A DNA stretch of 64,000 nt from the IMG/VR virus record IMGVR_UViG_2513237360_000007, positions 1-64,000 of that record; one strand, written 5' to 3'. This DNA is from a virus. Its lineage: Duplodnaviria; Caudoviricetes. Below the pieces are notes generated by a model that saw only the letters and a list, made by a program, of their open reading frames with translations, did no database searches and was not told the DNA's origin. Positions 37,561 through 48,715 of the stretch are shown here, piece after piece. Both the position numbers and the translations under genes were made by a program. Each line of letters begins with the position of its first letter. The stretch's first letter is position 1.

Positions 37561-38097
37561 ATGCCAGCAAGACAAACAACAGCCAGAAAGCCAGCCGCCA
37601 AGGCGGATCCTGCAAACTCCGAACAGCTTGAAGTGGTAAAGCAGAAAGAATTCAAACCCGGTGATATGATCCCCTGCCGCTCCTACTTCTTAGGAAGGCT
37701 AACTTTTAATGGTGAATCAGGCGTCCATTACTTTTGGGCTAAAATGGGTGATGTCAAATATGTTCAATATGTGGATTTAAAAACTGCATTTATGGAGACA
37801 TCCGATTATATATTTGAGCCACTTCTTATTATTGAAGATGAGGATTTCTTAAATGATCCATTTTTCCAGGAGCTGCATGAAATATACGAAAAGCTATGGA
37901 GTGAAGATGATATAAATACTTTTCTCTCCCTTCCTAATCAGAAATTTGAAAATGAATTAAGATCTGCCCCCGCGGTCCTCAAGAACCTGATTAAATCTAA
38001 GGTTGGTAGTCTGGTTTCCAAGAATAACTTTGATAGTATTAAAAAGATTGAGATCATTGATTCTATCTGCGGGACCGATTTTAAAGCAATGATCTAA
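37561..38097 (+). CDS. Head-associated hypothetical protein (YonA-like position)
   Basis: AAGGAG RBS before ATG 37561; synteny. Confidence 0.65.
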   Translation: MPARQTTARKPAAKADPANSEQLEVVKQKEFKPGDMIPCRSYFLGRLTFNGESGVHYFWAKMGDVKYVQYVDLKTAFMETSDYIFEPLLIIEDEDFLNDPFFQELHEIYEKLWSEDDINTFLSLPNQKFENELRSAPAVLKNLIKSKVGSLVSKNNFDSIKKIEIIDSICGTDFKAMI

Positions 38098-38113
38098 GTC
38101 AGAGGGTGGCCAT

Positions 38114-38581
38114 ATGACACTCTTTTATGAAGATATATTCTCATATTTTTTGGGAAAGCAAAAAGACTATAAACTGATATCTCTTCCTGAAGAGATGGCA
38201 AATGAAAATATGTGTGAATGGCTCCATGCAGCTGCCTCAAAACCATATGTGAGAAAATTGTTCAAAGAATTTACAATGAGCGATGAGACAACCAAAATTG
38301 ATGCTGTTCTATTCCAAAGCATTGACGATAACTTTGATTCAGATTTTATTGTAGATATTCTTTCGCTAGGAATGCTGGTTGAATGGATGCGTCCAAAGTT
38401 AAATTCAACAGAAAATCTGGAGCAAATGTACGGTGGTAAAGAAGAAAAATTCTATTCCCAATCCAACCACTTAGCCCAATTGCAAAGCCGGAATAGAGAA
38501 ATCAAGAATGATCAACGCAAATTAATCAGAAGTTTCGGGTACGACTATGACGTTATCTCAAAGAGAGGGGAACAAAAGTGA
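38114..38581 (+). CDS. Putative head-tail adaptor
   Basis: YEDIFSYFLGK..DY...ILSLGMLVEW...FYSQSNHL; synteny. Confidence 0.65.
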   Translation: MTLFYEDIFSYFLGKQKDYKLISLPEEMANENMCEWLHAAASKPYVRKLFKEFTMSDETTKIDAVLFQSIDDNFDSDFIVDILSLGMLVEWMRPKLNSTENLEQMYGGKEEKFYSQSNHLAQLQSRNREIKNDQRKLIRSFGYDYDVISKRGEQK

Positions 38582-38889
38582 AGCATATATATGGAACTTT
38601 TTCGGCTGAACAGATTCATCAGCAGAAGGAGAATCTGCATAATTCCATCCACTGGCTTTTGCTTTACAAAGAACAACAGTATCCCCATTTATCAAGTTAT
38701 ATAAAGTCTTTGATGATACGCATATCTGGATTGAACAAGCTTTTAAACGAACCTGCCGAATTAGTCACTTTACTAAGCCTTCTACAAGCCATAAGGGATA
38801 TGAATGATTCTCCCGATTGTGACTTTAAAATGTACAGAAAATTAGTGCTTGATGCGCACTCTATAACCGACATGATAAAGGAGGAATAA
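38578..38889 (+). CDS. Hypothetical structural-region protein (103 aa)
   Basis: Overlapping GTGA start; synteny. Confidence 0.7.
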   Translation: MKHIYGTFSAEQIHQQKENLHNSIHWLLLYKEQQYPHLSSYIKSLMIRISGLNKLLNEPAELVTLLSLLQAIRDMNDSPDCDFKMYRKLVLDAHSITDMIKEE

Positions 38890-38890
38890 C

Positions 38891-40105
38891 ATGCCTTCAT
38901 TATCTAAGTTAAAGGAGATATACAGAAATCAAGATGGATCAGCTGTGTCCCTGGGAGAAATACGCAGTGAAGCATCAGATCTTATCATGGAGTCAACGTG
39001 GGATGGTGATCCTCAAAGTCGCATTGCTTACATATATGACTATTTTCATGATAACGAATCATCTATGGCATATAAGCTGAACTCACCAAAAGATTCATTG
39101 AAGATACCCGTTCACATTAAATTCATCGTACATTCCTACAACGCAGATGGAAAAGACCAGGTTAGTTACCACATACAGTTTAAGCCATCATATTCCTGTT
39201 CACTTGATTATTATGAGCAATCATATGAAAAGAAATATGGAGCCCAGTTTCCTATTGGACTTTATATTGATATCCCCGATAGAAAAGGCTCTTATCGCCG
39301 TTGGTTAATAGCCGAGGACGGAAGTCGCTATGATCTTTCTTTTGATAAGTACTGTGTTTATCCGACAAATTATTTATTACATTGGATCGATGAAAGTGGC
39401 AGTTCAAGATTGCTCCGGCATATGTGGGCTGTTGAAAGAATGAGAAACAGTTACAACGCAGGGGTTTATACAGATAGAGTTTTTACACGAGTGGAGAACC
39501 AAACAGTATTATGGCTTCCTATGAATTCCATTTCAGAAAAACTGACATATGATAAACGGCTTATAGTCTCTGCACCAATTGACTGTCCATTAACATGGGC
39601 GGTAAGTAAGGTAGAAAATACTTTGCCGTATGGTATAAATCGCTTGGTACTTTATCAAGACACATTTAACCGCGATATTGATTATGTCAATCTTGACACC
39701 GGCGAAATGTATGCTGATTACTATTTATCACCCATCTCTCCTACCCTGCCATCTGATTCCTCTGTCTCTGGCATTCACGGTAACATGATCGTTAGTACAA
39801 AGAACATACGAGTTGGTGGAGGCCATAAGAAGGTACAAGTGCAATGGATGAATCCGAATGGTTCTGAAAACAAATCTATTACAACTATGATCAATGACTG
39901 GAATTTCTCAATTGATAACAATGATGTTTCTAACTTAGTTGATATGATCCCCGTTTATGATTCTGATAATAATATCCTACCAAATGTGATCAAGATACAG
40001 TTTTTAGGTGACTTCAATTATCTCACCAAAATACTTATGGTAGAAGCTCATAACCCTGCAGGTGATGAGAAGGCATATATTGGACTTGAGATTTTAAGTT
40101 TATAA
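38891..40105 (+). CDS. Putative head closure/neck protein with Ig-like C-terminus
   Basis: 404 aa; synteny. Confidence 0.55.
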   Translation: MPSLSKLKEIYRNQDGSAVSLGEIRSEASDLIMESTWDGDPQSRIAYIYDYFHDNESSMAYKLNSPKDSLKIPVHIKFIVHSYNADGKDQVSYHIQFKPSYSCSLDYYEQSYEKKYGAQFPIGLYIDIPDRKGSYRRWLIAEDGSRYDLSFDKYCVYPTNYLLHWIDESGSSRLLRHMWAVERMRNSYNAGVYTDRVFTRVENQTVLWLPMNSISEKLTYDKRLIVSAPIDCPLTWAVSKVENTLPYGINRLVLYQDTFNRDIDYVNLDTGEMYADYYLSPISPTLPSDSSVSGIHGNMIVSTKNIRVGGGHKKVQVQWMNPNGSENKSITTMINDWNFSIDNNDVSNLVDMIPVYDSDNNILPNVIKIQFLGDFNYLTKILMVEAHNPAGDEKAYIGLEILSL

Positions 40106-40115
40106 GGAGTATTGT

Positions 40116-40703
40116 ATGGGAGTATTTATAACGAATCCTCAACCAACTATGGATTTCACAAAATTCCTGTCTCTTCCAGATTCAGATAATATCAGAATTA
40201 AAGATATTATAAAAAAGAAGATACTGGCAAATAACGATATATTATATTTGCTTAATGCCGCCGAGGATGATTATGAAGCAGAGGACTTTTTTGGAAAATA
40301 TGTATTACCCTGCTATATTGTAGATAGTTCAAACGCGGAAGTGCACAACTACCTGTGCTTTGAAACTTCATTCTTTGAAACACCTAGATATAGTGAAATA
40401 TATAAAACCATGCAAATTATATTTTATATATGCATAAATAAGTCTGACATTATTCACCCACAAAGCGGTATAGCCCGCCATGATTTAATATCTGCGTTGT
40501 TAACCAGAGACATTAATTGGTCTGAAGCCTTTGGAATGAAATGTAAAATTGTTCAAGACAAGGCCAGTACTACTGACCTTAACTACGCCACCAGAACACT
40601 AATATTTGAATGCGAACTCCCCAATGGAATTGCCAAGACAGACATGACAAATGGTGAAACCTATTTCTGTAATAATGATCCAGATGAGGAGTGGTATGCA
40701 TGA
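40116..40703 (+). CDS. Putative tail terminator/completion protein
   Basis: 195 aa; RHDLISALL..INW motif; synteny. Confidence 0.55.
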   Translation: MGVFITNPQPTMDFTKFLSLPDSDNIRIKDIIKKKILANNDILYLLNAAEDDYEAEDFFGKYVLPCYIVDSSNAEVHNYLCFETSFFETPRYSEIYKTMQIIFYICINKSDIIHPQSGIARHDLISALLTRDINWSEAFGMKCKIVQDKASTTDLNYATRTLIFECELPNGIAKTDMTNGETYFCNNDPDEEWYA

Positions 40704-41452
40704 GCTTATTCTCATCCGGAAGTGAAGAACTGCGCATATACCGTGGGGAGGATTATGTAATCAATGAACATATCGTTGTCCATACTCCAACACTTGATGA
40801 AATATGCAATTATGGTGAAGATGAATACTTTTCGCTCATTCATTTTCTAGCTGCTACTCCCACCGATCTATGCTATCAGTTATGGGACCTTGGATTTGAT
40901 TATACGACCATCTCTGACTATGTTCTTTTTTCGCAGCTTATATCTAAGATGTTCCCACCAGAAAAAACATCTATTATTTTCGGCAGACTGGATTTCACAA
41001 AATTCCGTCTGAAAGCTCATCCAAATAATAAAGGTGAGATCGTTATGGAGTATCCTGATGGTAGCTGGTATATTGACGAATGTACATATGAAATTCTTGT
41101 TGATTACCTACGCAAAGTACATTTTCTAGAAAAGAATGTAGCCATACCAGCTAATGAAAGTACGAAGATGGTTTTAATAGAAGATGCTCGTGATGAAGCT
41201 TTGATTAAAAGCCGTAATCATAAGCATTCCTCTTTACTAAACATGATATCAGCCATGGTCAATAGCGAAGGATTTAAGTATAACCATAATGAAGTATGGA
41301 ATCTTAAAATAAACGTATTCATGGATAGTGTTATGAGGATAGGGAAAATAAAAAATGCAAGCCTGTTACTTCAAAGTGGGTATTCAGGTTTTGGAATAAA
41401 TTTAAAAGAAGTTGATCAAAAACAACTCAATTGGATGGGCGGTTTATACTAA
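40700..41452 (+). CDS. Tail-region hypothetical protein (YomV-like position)
   Basis: ATGA overlap with the previous stop; synteny. Confidence 0.6.
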   Translation: MSLFSSGSEELRIYRGEDYVINEHIVVHTPTLDEICNYGEDEYFSLIHFLAATPTDLCYQLWDLGFDYTTISDYVLFSQLISKMFPPEKTSIIFGRLDFTKFRLKAHPNNKGEIVMEYPDGSWYIDECTYEILVDYLRKVHFLEKNVAIPANESTKMVLIEDARDEALIKSRNHKHSSLLNMISAMVNSEGFKYNHNEVWNLKINVFMDSVMRIGKIKNASLLLQSGYSGFGINLKEVDQKQLNWMGGLY

Positions 41453-41483
41453 CTCATCCCTTTTCTTTGAAAGGAGACAAATT

Positions 41484-42284
41484 ATGGTTTTTAATCCAAA
41501 TGAATTAATATTGGAGAAAATTCGGGCTATTGAGGAATATGATCCTCAGACCTTAGAATTAACCGGTAGATACACTCAGATTGAAGAGCCATCGCTTCAA
41601 ACATCAGCAGAAGGAACTGATGTTACTGACGCTATGGGAACACCGATCATGACTTTTTATCGGAATCAGCAAGCACAATTAAGTTTTACCAACTCACTTT
41701 TCTCTCTTGATTTAGCTGCTACTCAGTTTGGATCAGAAAAAGTGGTTGCGGGTGAAGATGCAAAACTAAAAATACCGACATCCGAAATCATTAAAGTGGG
41801 CGGGACCGCTGAAGCTCCCACTGCGGAATTACATTACACTCCTATTACAGGTACTGTAAAGTATGTGAAAGTAGTAAATGCAAATAAGACTTTTGGAGAA
41901 ACATACATCCTTGATACGGCAGCTTCTGCAGATGACAAAAAGTTCTCTCTGGCGGACAAAGTAATCACATTGCCCAAAGGAGTAACTGGACGAGTTTTTG
42001 TGAGTTATGTCAGAGAGACTTCTACCGGTGCTTCGGTATCTAAACGCAGCGATGGCATTCCGGAGATTAAGACCATCTGGATGCATGCAATCTTTCATGA
42101 TCCTTGTAATGAGAATGTAAAGTATGCCGGTGTTATAGTGGCCGAAAATGCCCAAATTGATCCAAGCAGCGTAGAAATCGGCTTGAAATCCGATAGCAAG
42201 CACTCTGCTACATATTTAATCCGTCCAGATTATTGCAATGAAGAAGAGTCTAAGCTGTTTGAAATATTAGTGAGTCAAGACTAA
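41484..42284 (+). CDS. Major tail (tube) protein
   Basis: GAAAGGAG RBS; 266 aa beta-rich; flanked by hairpins; synteny. Confidence 0.7.
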   Translation: MVFNPNELILEKIRAIEEYDPQTLELTGRYTQIEEPSLQTSAEGTDVTDAMGTPIMTFYRNQQAQLSFTNSLFSLDLAATQFGSEKVVAGEDAKLKIPTSEIIKVGGTAEAPTAELHYTPITGTVKYVKVVNANKTFGETYILDTAASADDKKFSLADKVITLPKGVTGRVFVSYVRETSTGASVSKRSDGIPEIKTIWMHAIFHDPCNENVKYAGVIVAENAQIDPSSVEIGLKSDSKHSATYLIRPDYCNEEESKLFEILVSQD

Positions 42285-42338
42285 TCGTTAAGGAGGGATG
42301 GTAACACCATCTCTTCTTAATTTATATAGGAGACATCT

Positions 42339-42683
42339 ATGCCAAGAAAACAAAAATGTATCTGCTGCGGGAAAACCTATGATTTATGCATTCATTGCCC
42401 TACAGACGTTGGCTATACGCCATGGCGAACCATGCATTGTTCAGTGGATCACTTCAAGATTTTTGAGTTGGTTCGGGATTATGTGAATGGGAAGTTACCA
42501 AAGGACAAAATTTTAGAGATGCTGGCAAAAACAAATACGGAGGGTTATGAAAGATTCAACACTCAGACGGGCGCTGTACTCCGCGAACTCTTTAAACCTG
42601 ATGGAGAGGATGATATTATCAGCCCCGAAAACGAATCAAGTGATAAAGTATTAAAGCATCGAAAACCCAAGACGCAGATTTAA
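42339..42683 (+). CDS. Zn-finger hypothetical protein (CICC..CIHC..HC)
   Basis: GAGGAG RBS. Confidence 0.75.
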   Translation: MPRKQKCICCGKTYDLCIHCPTDVGYTPWRTMHCSVDHFKIFELVRDYVNGKLPKDKILEMLAKTNTEGYERFNTQTGAVLRELFKPDGEDDIISPENESSDKVLKHRKPKTQI

Positions 42684-42760
42684 GTGACGAGAATTGATCT
42701 AAGCCAAAAGGCATGCATCTAACTCGTCACGAGTATAGTTTTTGCATGCCTTACTTTTTA
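42684..42760 (+). promoter_or_regulatory. Terminator with a competing/pseudoknot helix
   Basis: AAGGCATGCA(42708-17)/TGCATGCCTT(42743-52)+ACTTTTT; GTGACGAG(42684-91)/CTCGTCAC(42723-30). Confidence 0.5.
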
Positions 42761-42781
42761 CGCTGAATTAAAGGAGAATGA

Positions 42782-42988
42782 ATGAGAGAATATTCTGATA
42801 TTTTTAAACACTATTACGAAGCTGAAGATGTAATACTAATTTACAATACCAAGCAAGCATACTTCTATGTTTTAAAAAACTGTCCACTCGTTGATTTATT
42901 TTGCTCAAATGGCACACTTGTCTTCGCATTCGACAGGGCTGCTTCTAAGCCATTGTACGACAAATGGTGTAGGCATGATCTGACATAA
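42782..42988 (+). CDS. DUF5659-like small protein
   Basis: IYNTKQAYFY...LVFAFDR..SKPLYDKW pattern; AAGGAG RBS. Confidence 0.6.
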   Translation: MREYSDIFKHYYEAEDVILIYNTKQAYFYVLKNCPLVDLFCSNGTLVFAFDRAASKPLYDKWCRHDLT

Positions 42989-42990
42989 AT

Positions 42991-43485
42991 ATGGACTGCA
43001 GGTTATGTTCCATTGACGCATCTACTACTTCTACAGGGATTTCATACTTTTTAAACGGTGAATACCAATCTTCCACTCTTATCCAATATGATGATAAAAT
43101 TGCTGACTCTCGCTTTAATAAAATGTGTTTAGCTATATTGAGAGAACTGGACACCCTAAATCCAGATATCATATATATGGAAGAGGCGGCCAATCCAAGG
43201 AATCCGCATACTCAGCGTCTTCTTGTCCGGCTTCAAGGCGTTGTATATTCTTGGGCAATATCACACGGTGCCGATTGCGAATTTATTAGGCCATCCAGTT
43301 GGAGGTCCTTAGTAGGAATTAAAAGTAAGGGAAAGCGTAAAAATGAACTGAAGATCGCGGCGATTGAAATGGTAAAAAGTATATTTAATATCACAGTAAA
43401 TGATGATGTCGCAGAATCGATTTTAATTGGAATTGCTGCTATTAACAAATACAACCCGGACTTAAAGGAGATATTTAATGAATAA
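42991..43485 (+). CDS. ruvC: RuvC-like Holliday junction resolvase
   Basis: SIDASTTSTG, YMEE, IRPSSWR, NDDVAESILIG catalytic motifs. Confidence 0.85.
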   Translation: MDCRLCSIDASTTSTGISYFLNGEYQSSTLIQYDDKIADSRFNKMCLAILRELDTLNPDIIYMEEAANPRNPHTQRLLVRLQGVVYSWAISHGADCEFIRPSSWRSLVGIKSKGKRKNELKIAAIEMVKSIFNITVNDDVAESILIGIAAINKYNPDLKEIFNE

Positions 43486-44044
43486 AAAAATGACCGTATC
43501 TACATTTACAACCCAATATATTAATTGTAAAAAGGAAAGTGACCGAAATAGTTTAGTACGTAGTATTATTAAAAGGTCTTATGTTCCAGTCACTGAAAAA
43601 GTATCTATTATCCAAGAACTATTAGGGGTGGCCTTCGATGAGAAAGATGGATTGAAAATCCCTAATGCACTGTGCCTCCATATCAATTTCCATATTATAA
43701 TCCTATCCCTATACACTGATCTAGAAATTGATAAAAAAGAAAATGATAGAACAGCCGGTTTCCGCACCTACGATATTTTCCAGTCTTGTGAATTATGGAA
43801 CGTACTTAAGCGTCAAATTGGCGCTGACTACAAAGAATTGGAAAAAATAAGGGATCTATACTTGGAAAATATGGCCACAGAGAACGATTTGGTTGTTCAG
43901 CTTTCAAACCAGATAACACGTTTCGGGACATTGATCAGTTCAGCTTTCAGGCCACTCGCGAACACAATCCAGTCAGAAATGAATAACCTCAATGAAAGCC
44001 AAAAGGATAATCTCAAGAATAGTATGATTAAACTATTGAAATAG
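43478..44044 (+). CDS. Hypothetical protein (possible tail assembly chaperone)
   Basis: AAGGAG RBS; position before tape measure. Confidence 0.65.
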   Translation: MNKKMTVSTFTTQYINCKKESDRNSLVRSIIKRSYVPVTEKVSIIQELLGVAFDEKDGLKIPNALCLHINFHIIILSLYTDLEIDKKENDRTAGFRTYDIFQSCELWNVLKRQIGADYKELEKIRDLYLENMATENDLVVQLSNQITRFGTLISSAFRPLANTIQSEMNNLNESQKDNLKNSMIKLLK

Positions 44045-44110
44045 AACTTAAATACTTAATTTAGAGTCTGTCGGGGTCATAGCCGCCAGACTTATTTATT
44101 GGAGGTAATC

Positions 44111-44560
44111 ATGAAATATATGTCTGAAAAGAAAATTAACTGGTTAAAAAACTACTATCGACAATGTAATATTGAATATTTGGAACTATTAGCCACTGAA
44201 TTAGAATGGATGGCTTGGAAAATTATTGATGATTTTTATGCTGATTACGATCCAATCTATTATAAACGTAACTATGGACTTTACAATGCCATTCATATAA
44301 CAAGAAGGTATTCGTTTTCAGAACCATCAATATTGTTTTCAATAAGAAGTGCTTATATGGAGGATTGGTATAGAGATCCGACTGAGTATATTTTTGTTGG
44401 TGCTATTATAATGGGAAAACACGGTACAGCAAAGGTCAAAATCTCCCTCCCTGCTCCAATGAAAAGAATAATAGATTATATCAATTTGTATAATGACAAA
44501 GATATTAAATCCAAAGCTATTGAGAGCGCTAAAAAAATTGTGGGATCATGCCCTTTTTAA
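44111..44560 (+). CDS. Hypothetical protein (149 aa)
   Basis: GGAGG RBS before ATG 44111. Confidence 0.7.
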   Translation: MKYMSEKKINWLKNYYRQCNIEYLELLATELEWMAWKIIDDFYADYDPIYYKRNYGLYNAIHITRRYSFSEPSILFSIRSAYMEDWYRDPTEYIFVGAIIMGKHGTAKVKISLPAPMKRIIDYINLYNDKDIKSKAIESAKKIVGSCPF

Positions 44561-44572
44561 TAGGAGGTAAAA

Positions 44573-47500
44573 GTGGCTAATAAAGGAGTAGATATTGAAT
44601 TTAAAGGAGGTTTTAATGATGATGATATTATTAAAGCTCTCCGTAAGGTAAATGGCGAAATAGATGAGACCAAGAAGAATGCTGAAGAACCAATTAAAGT
44701 TAATCTCGGTGGATTTGTAAAAGAATTCACAAAAGAGTTTGATGAAATTGATCGTATTATAGCTAAAAGAAAAGCTAATATTGATAAAAGGGTCATCAAT
44801 TACATCCCCAAGATCCAATTCAACTTGCGTGATGTTGAGTTATGGGAAGAAACACAAAAGAAAATTGATCGGCAGATAGCAAAAGCCAGAATGAACTATG
44901 ATCTTCCATCATTACAGACCGATTCATTTTCTAAGCAGCTAATCGCCAGAGAGAAACTTCTTGCTAGACTAGGCGAAAACACATCAAAACATAAAGCCTT
45001 AAAGCAAGTATGGATGGATGATGGACCATCTATAAGCAAAGCAAGAGCCAATATTGAGCTACTGCAACAACAAATAGCTTTAAAAGAAAAAATTCTACAA
45101 ATAGATACAAAAGTAAAACCCTTTCTTCCAAAAAGCGATTGGTCTACAAAATTTAATGGATCCGATGTAAATGCGCAAAAGGAAGCATTAAAAGAATCAA
45201 AAAGATTAATGGCTGATGAACTCTATACTGCTGCTGATAAAGAAAAAGAAAATATATTGGTAGCGTTAAAGGATTATGAAAAATCTGCTAACAAAATAAT
45301 GAGAGAAGGCAAATTCGATGAGTTTGTTTTCCCGGATCTTATTAGTAAATTTAATGCTATCGAATCATCTGCTCAAGACTATTTAATGAAGCTCGGCCTC
45401 ATTAAAGGAAAGACTTCCGAAACGCTAGAAACTTCACATAAGCAACTTACTTCATCTGCTCAGTTATTTGACAAATATGGGGCTACTGCCGAAGAAGTAT
45501 TCGTGAAGATTGACAAAATATTTTCTCAGGCTAATGATAGCGATGATGGCTTTTATGGATTAAGCAGTAGGAGCATTTCAGACCTCACAAAGATGATGGC
45601 TTTACTGGAACACTTTTCTGAGGGTGATTTATCGAAGCTTTCTTTAGAAGGTGATGAGTTCTTTGGCTTCCAAGATGAGCTAAAAGAAATCCAGAGTTTC
45701 TTAAAAGATGAATTTACAGTTGACGAATCATTAGAAGAAGTATTTAAATCCACAATAGATCAACTCAATCAATTGGAGTCTACTGCTGAGGAAGCTGTTC
45801 CTGCTATTGAAAAAGTGGAAAATTCCCTTAATCCAGATAGTGATGAATCTAAAATAGAGGCAAAAACTGACGCCATTGAAAATTTAACCGAAGCAATGCA
45901 GCGCCAGGCAGAATCTGATGAAGCTTTATCAAAAACATCATCATTATCCGATGATCATATCACTAATATAGAAAACACCACGGAAGCCATTAACCAATTG
46001 AATGAAGCTGAAAAAGAAAGGGATAAGTTAGATGCCCCCACCGCTTCTATCGATTCCACGTTGGATACTGATATTGATAAACTTGAGAAAAAAACTAAAG
46101 CTACTAAAGAGTTAGATGATGTACAGGAAAAGCAGAAACAAAATGAAATTGCGCTCCAAAAAGAACTCTTATTCTTAGACGAACGAGAGAATTCATATTG
46201 GGAGACACGGGAAAAGCTTTTAAAAGATGGAGTTGCACAGCAAGAAGCTTATGCTAACTTAAGGAAAGAACAAGAAAATAATTATAACCAAAGTTGGATT
46301 ATAGCAGAGACTAACAGGATGTTATCATCCTATGCTGCGGCTGAAGGTAAAGTAATTGGCTATGGGCGTGCAGTTCAAAGTGCCAGTGATAAGGCTAATC
46401 ATCTGGCGACTGCCTGGGAGAATGGTAGCATATCTGCAAAGAAATATGAAACAGAGATAGCAAAAATCAATAGTGAATTAAGTAATAAAAAATATAACTT
46501 AACCGGCGCAGAGACCGGCGTCTTTTCGACTAATCCACAGAACATAATTATACTGGAAAAAGAGATGCGCGCTCTTGCTCTGGCAACTGAAGGTATTATT
46601 CCAGAAAGTATTGCATTCAATGAACAATCAAAAAGAATGTCATATGAAACAAAAGATGCTGCTGGAAATATTAGTAAGTATTCTATTGCCATCAATTCAC
46701 TTAATGACGAACTTCTTCGTTATCAAACAAAGACTATTCAGGCCATAGGTCCAACACAAGAATTTTTCAACTTTTTATCTCAGAGTTTTAAGAAGGTATC
46801 GTCATATATCTTTAGTTTTGGGTCTTTTTATAGATTATGGGCAGAACTAAAACAGGGAATTACTATCATTCGTGACATTGATGATGCCATGACTGAACTC
46901 AAGAAGGTCAGTGATGAAACTGCCTATACATACACTAAGTTTCAAAAGCAGGCAGCTGCCGAAGGGCGCGATGTTGCCCAAACTACGAGCGACATGGTTC
47001 AGGCTTCGTCTGACTGGAAAAAGATGGGATACAATTTACAGGAATCCCTTAATCTCGCAAAATCATCATCACTCTATGTTAATGTTGGTGACGATGTTAA
47101 CATAACCGAGGCTACATCAGACTTAGTTTCTACCATTAAAGCGTTTAATATGAACGCAGATGATTCAATAGGCATTGTTGATCGTCTAAATGCTGTATCA
47201 AATAATTTTGCTGTCACATCAAAAGATCTAGGAAATATTCTAAATCATTCCTCATCCTCTCTCGCTGCCGCCAATACTTCAATAGATAAAACAATAGCAA
47301 TGGGCGCTGCCATGAATGAAGTTCTACAAGATAGTTCTACTTCTGGTAGCACATTGAAAATATTGTCCATGAGGCTACGCGGAGCAAAAGTAGAATTAGA
47401 GGCTGCGGGTGAATCAACTGAAGGTATGGCAGAATCCACATCAAAACTTCGCGAAAAAATCAAAGCCCTGACGAACATAAATGGATCTGGCGGATTTGAC

Positions 47501-47929
47501 ATAATGAAGGATGATAATACATTCAAAGATGTATACGAAATGATGGATGGAATTGCTGAAAAGTGGAAAGGTATGGATGATATATCCAGAGCTGGCTTAC
47601 TTGAATTAATCGCAGGTAAGATGAGAGCTCAAGGAGTATCTGCGCTTTTAAACAATTGGTCCGAAGCCGAAGCCATACTAAAAACTTCCTTGGATTCATC
47701 TGGATCAGCAGCCAAAGAAAACGAAACCTATCTTGATTCAATATCTGGTCGCGTTAAGCAATTACAGGCTCAGTATCAAGAGCTTTGGCAGACCACCCTA
47801 AATGACGATTCAATCAAATTCTTTATTGAACTTGCGACAAGTGTCACTAAAGTTGCAACTGATATGGGAGGACTACTTCCTATAGTTGCAACCTTAACGA
47901 CATTATTAGCTGGTATCAAATATGCGGGT
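44573..47929 (+). CDS. Tape measure protein, exon 1 (1119 codons; TP901-type TMP domain)
   Basis: AGGAGG + GTG start; IDDAMTELKKV...NAVSNNFAVTS...ILSMRLRG TMP motifs; ends at predicted 5' splice site GCGGGT/. Confidence 0.88.
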
Positions 47930-48472
47930 AAAGTAATTCGTAACCGTGACAACGAATGTGCCCTTCTCATTAATGCTGCGTAATATACTCCCACAAAGTA
48001 AACGATGAGAATGTCCCGTCACGTAAATAAATAACTAAGGGACGCATAGGCGTATAATATGCTGGGAACTCCCCCAAACACCTCTTCACCGAAACTCACC
48101 GAAAGGTGTGCTGTACAGCCGGGGCCGTGAGGCAGAAAAAAGTAAGAGGTTCTTGTTCAGAACAAAATTCTGTTCAATACACCAGTCCAATATTTTCTGG
48201 TCAAGGGAGGGTCAATAGGTAGCCCATATGGGTGAAAGCAGGCTGTTTCCTAAGTGCGTAAGCATATGGAATCGCCCCAGAGACTGACAAGGCCGGTCTG
48301 CCCGCAGGGATAATTGCGTGCGGATTCAAAATACAGTCCAAATGCCGAAGGAAATTGGATAACACTTCGGTCGGAGTAGTGCTCCGTGTGGTACTCTTCT
48401 TCTATTGCCTGGTGCAACGGGTTATCCCGGTGGCAATCGAAGTGCTCTTAAATGAGTGATATTTTCTAAAAA

Positions 48473-48688
48473 TTATAAAAGGAAATAAAACATTAAAATA
48501 GCCAAAAATATAAAGATAATAATCCAAAGTAATGATTCTCCAGTGGGCTTCTGTCCCTTCACTTTTTTATTCTTCGTCTGTTTTAGAGAAAACCTCTTGG
48601 GTGTCTTTTCTCTATCAACACCTCTTGCCTGATCAAAAAGATAGTGATCTCGGGAGTCGATTTTATTATCATGGTTCATGTCAAACAT
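48473..48688 (-). CDS. Intron cargo: small membrane protein with EF-hand-like N-terminus
   Basis: DMNHDNKIDSRD loop; C-terminal TM helix LLWIIIFIFLAILMFYFLL. Confidence 0.7.
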   Translation of the reverse strand: MFDMNHDNKIDSRDHYLFDQARGVDREKTPKRFSLKQTKNKKVKGQKPTGESLLWIIIFIFLAILMFYFLL

Positions 48689-48715
48689 AACTTCAATTCC
48701 CTCTACTACATATTA

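Noticed and set aside
47930-47983. C-terminal KVIRNRDNECALLINAA of the 1136-aa ORF
   Set aside because: It is read-through into intron P1/P2 in unspliced RNA, not TMP sequence
47930-48470. Group II intron, IStron or programmed frameshift as the cause of the TMP split
   Set aside because: No GUGYG 5' end, domain V, reverse transcriptase or TnpA/TnpB; group I P7/P1/P10 fit; the 2.7-kb gap cannot be bridged by a frameshift
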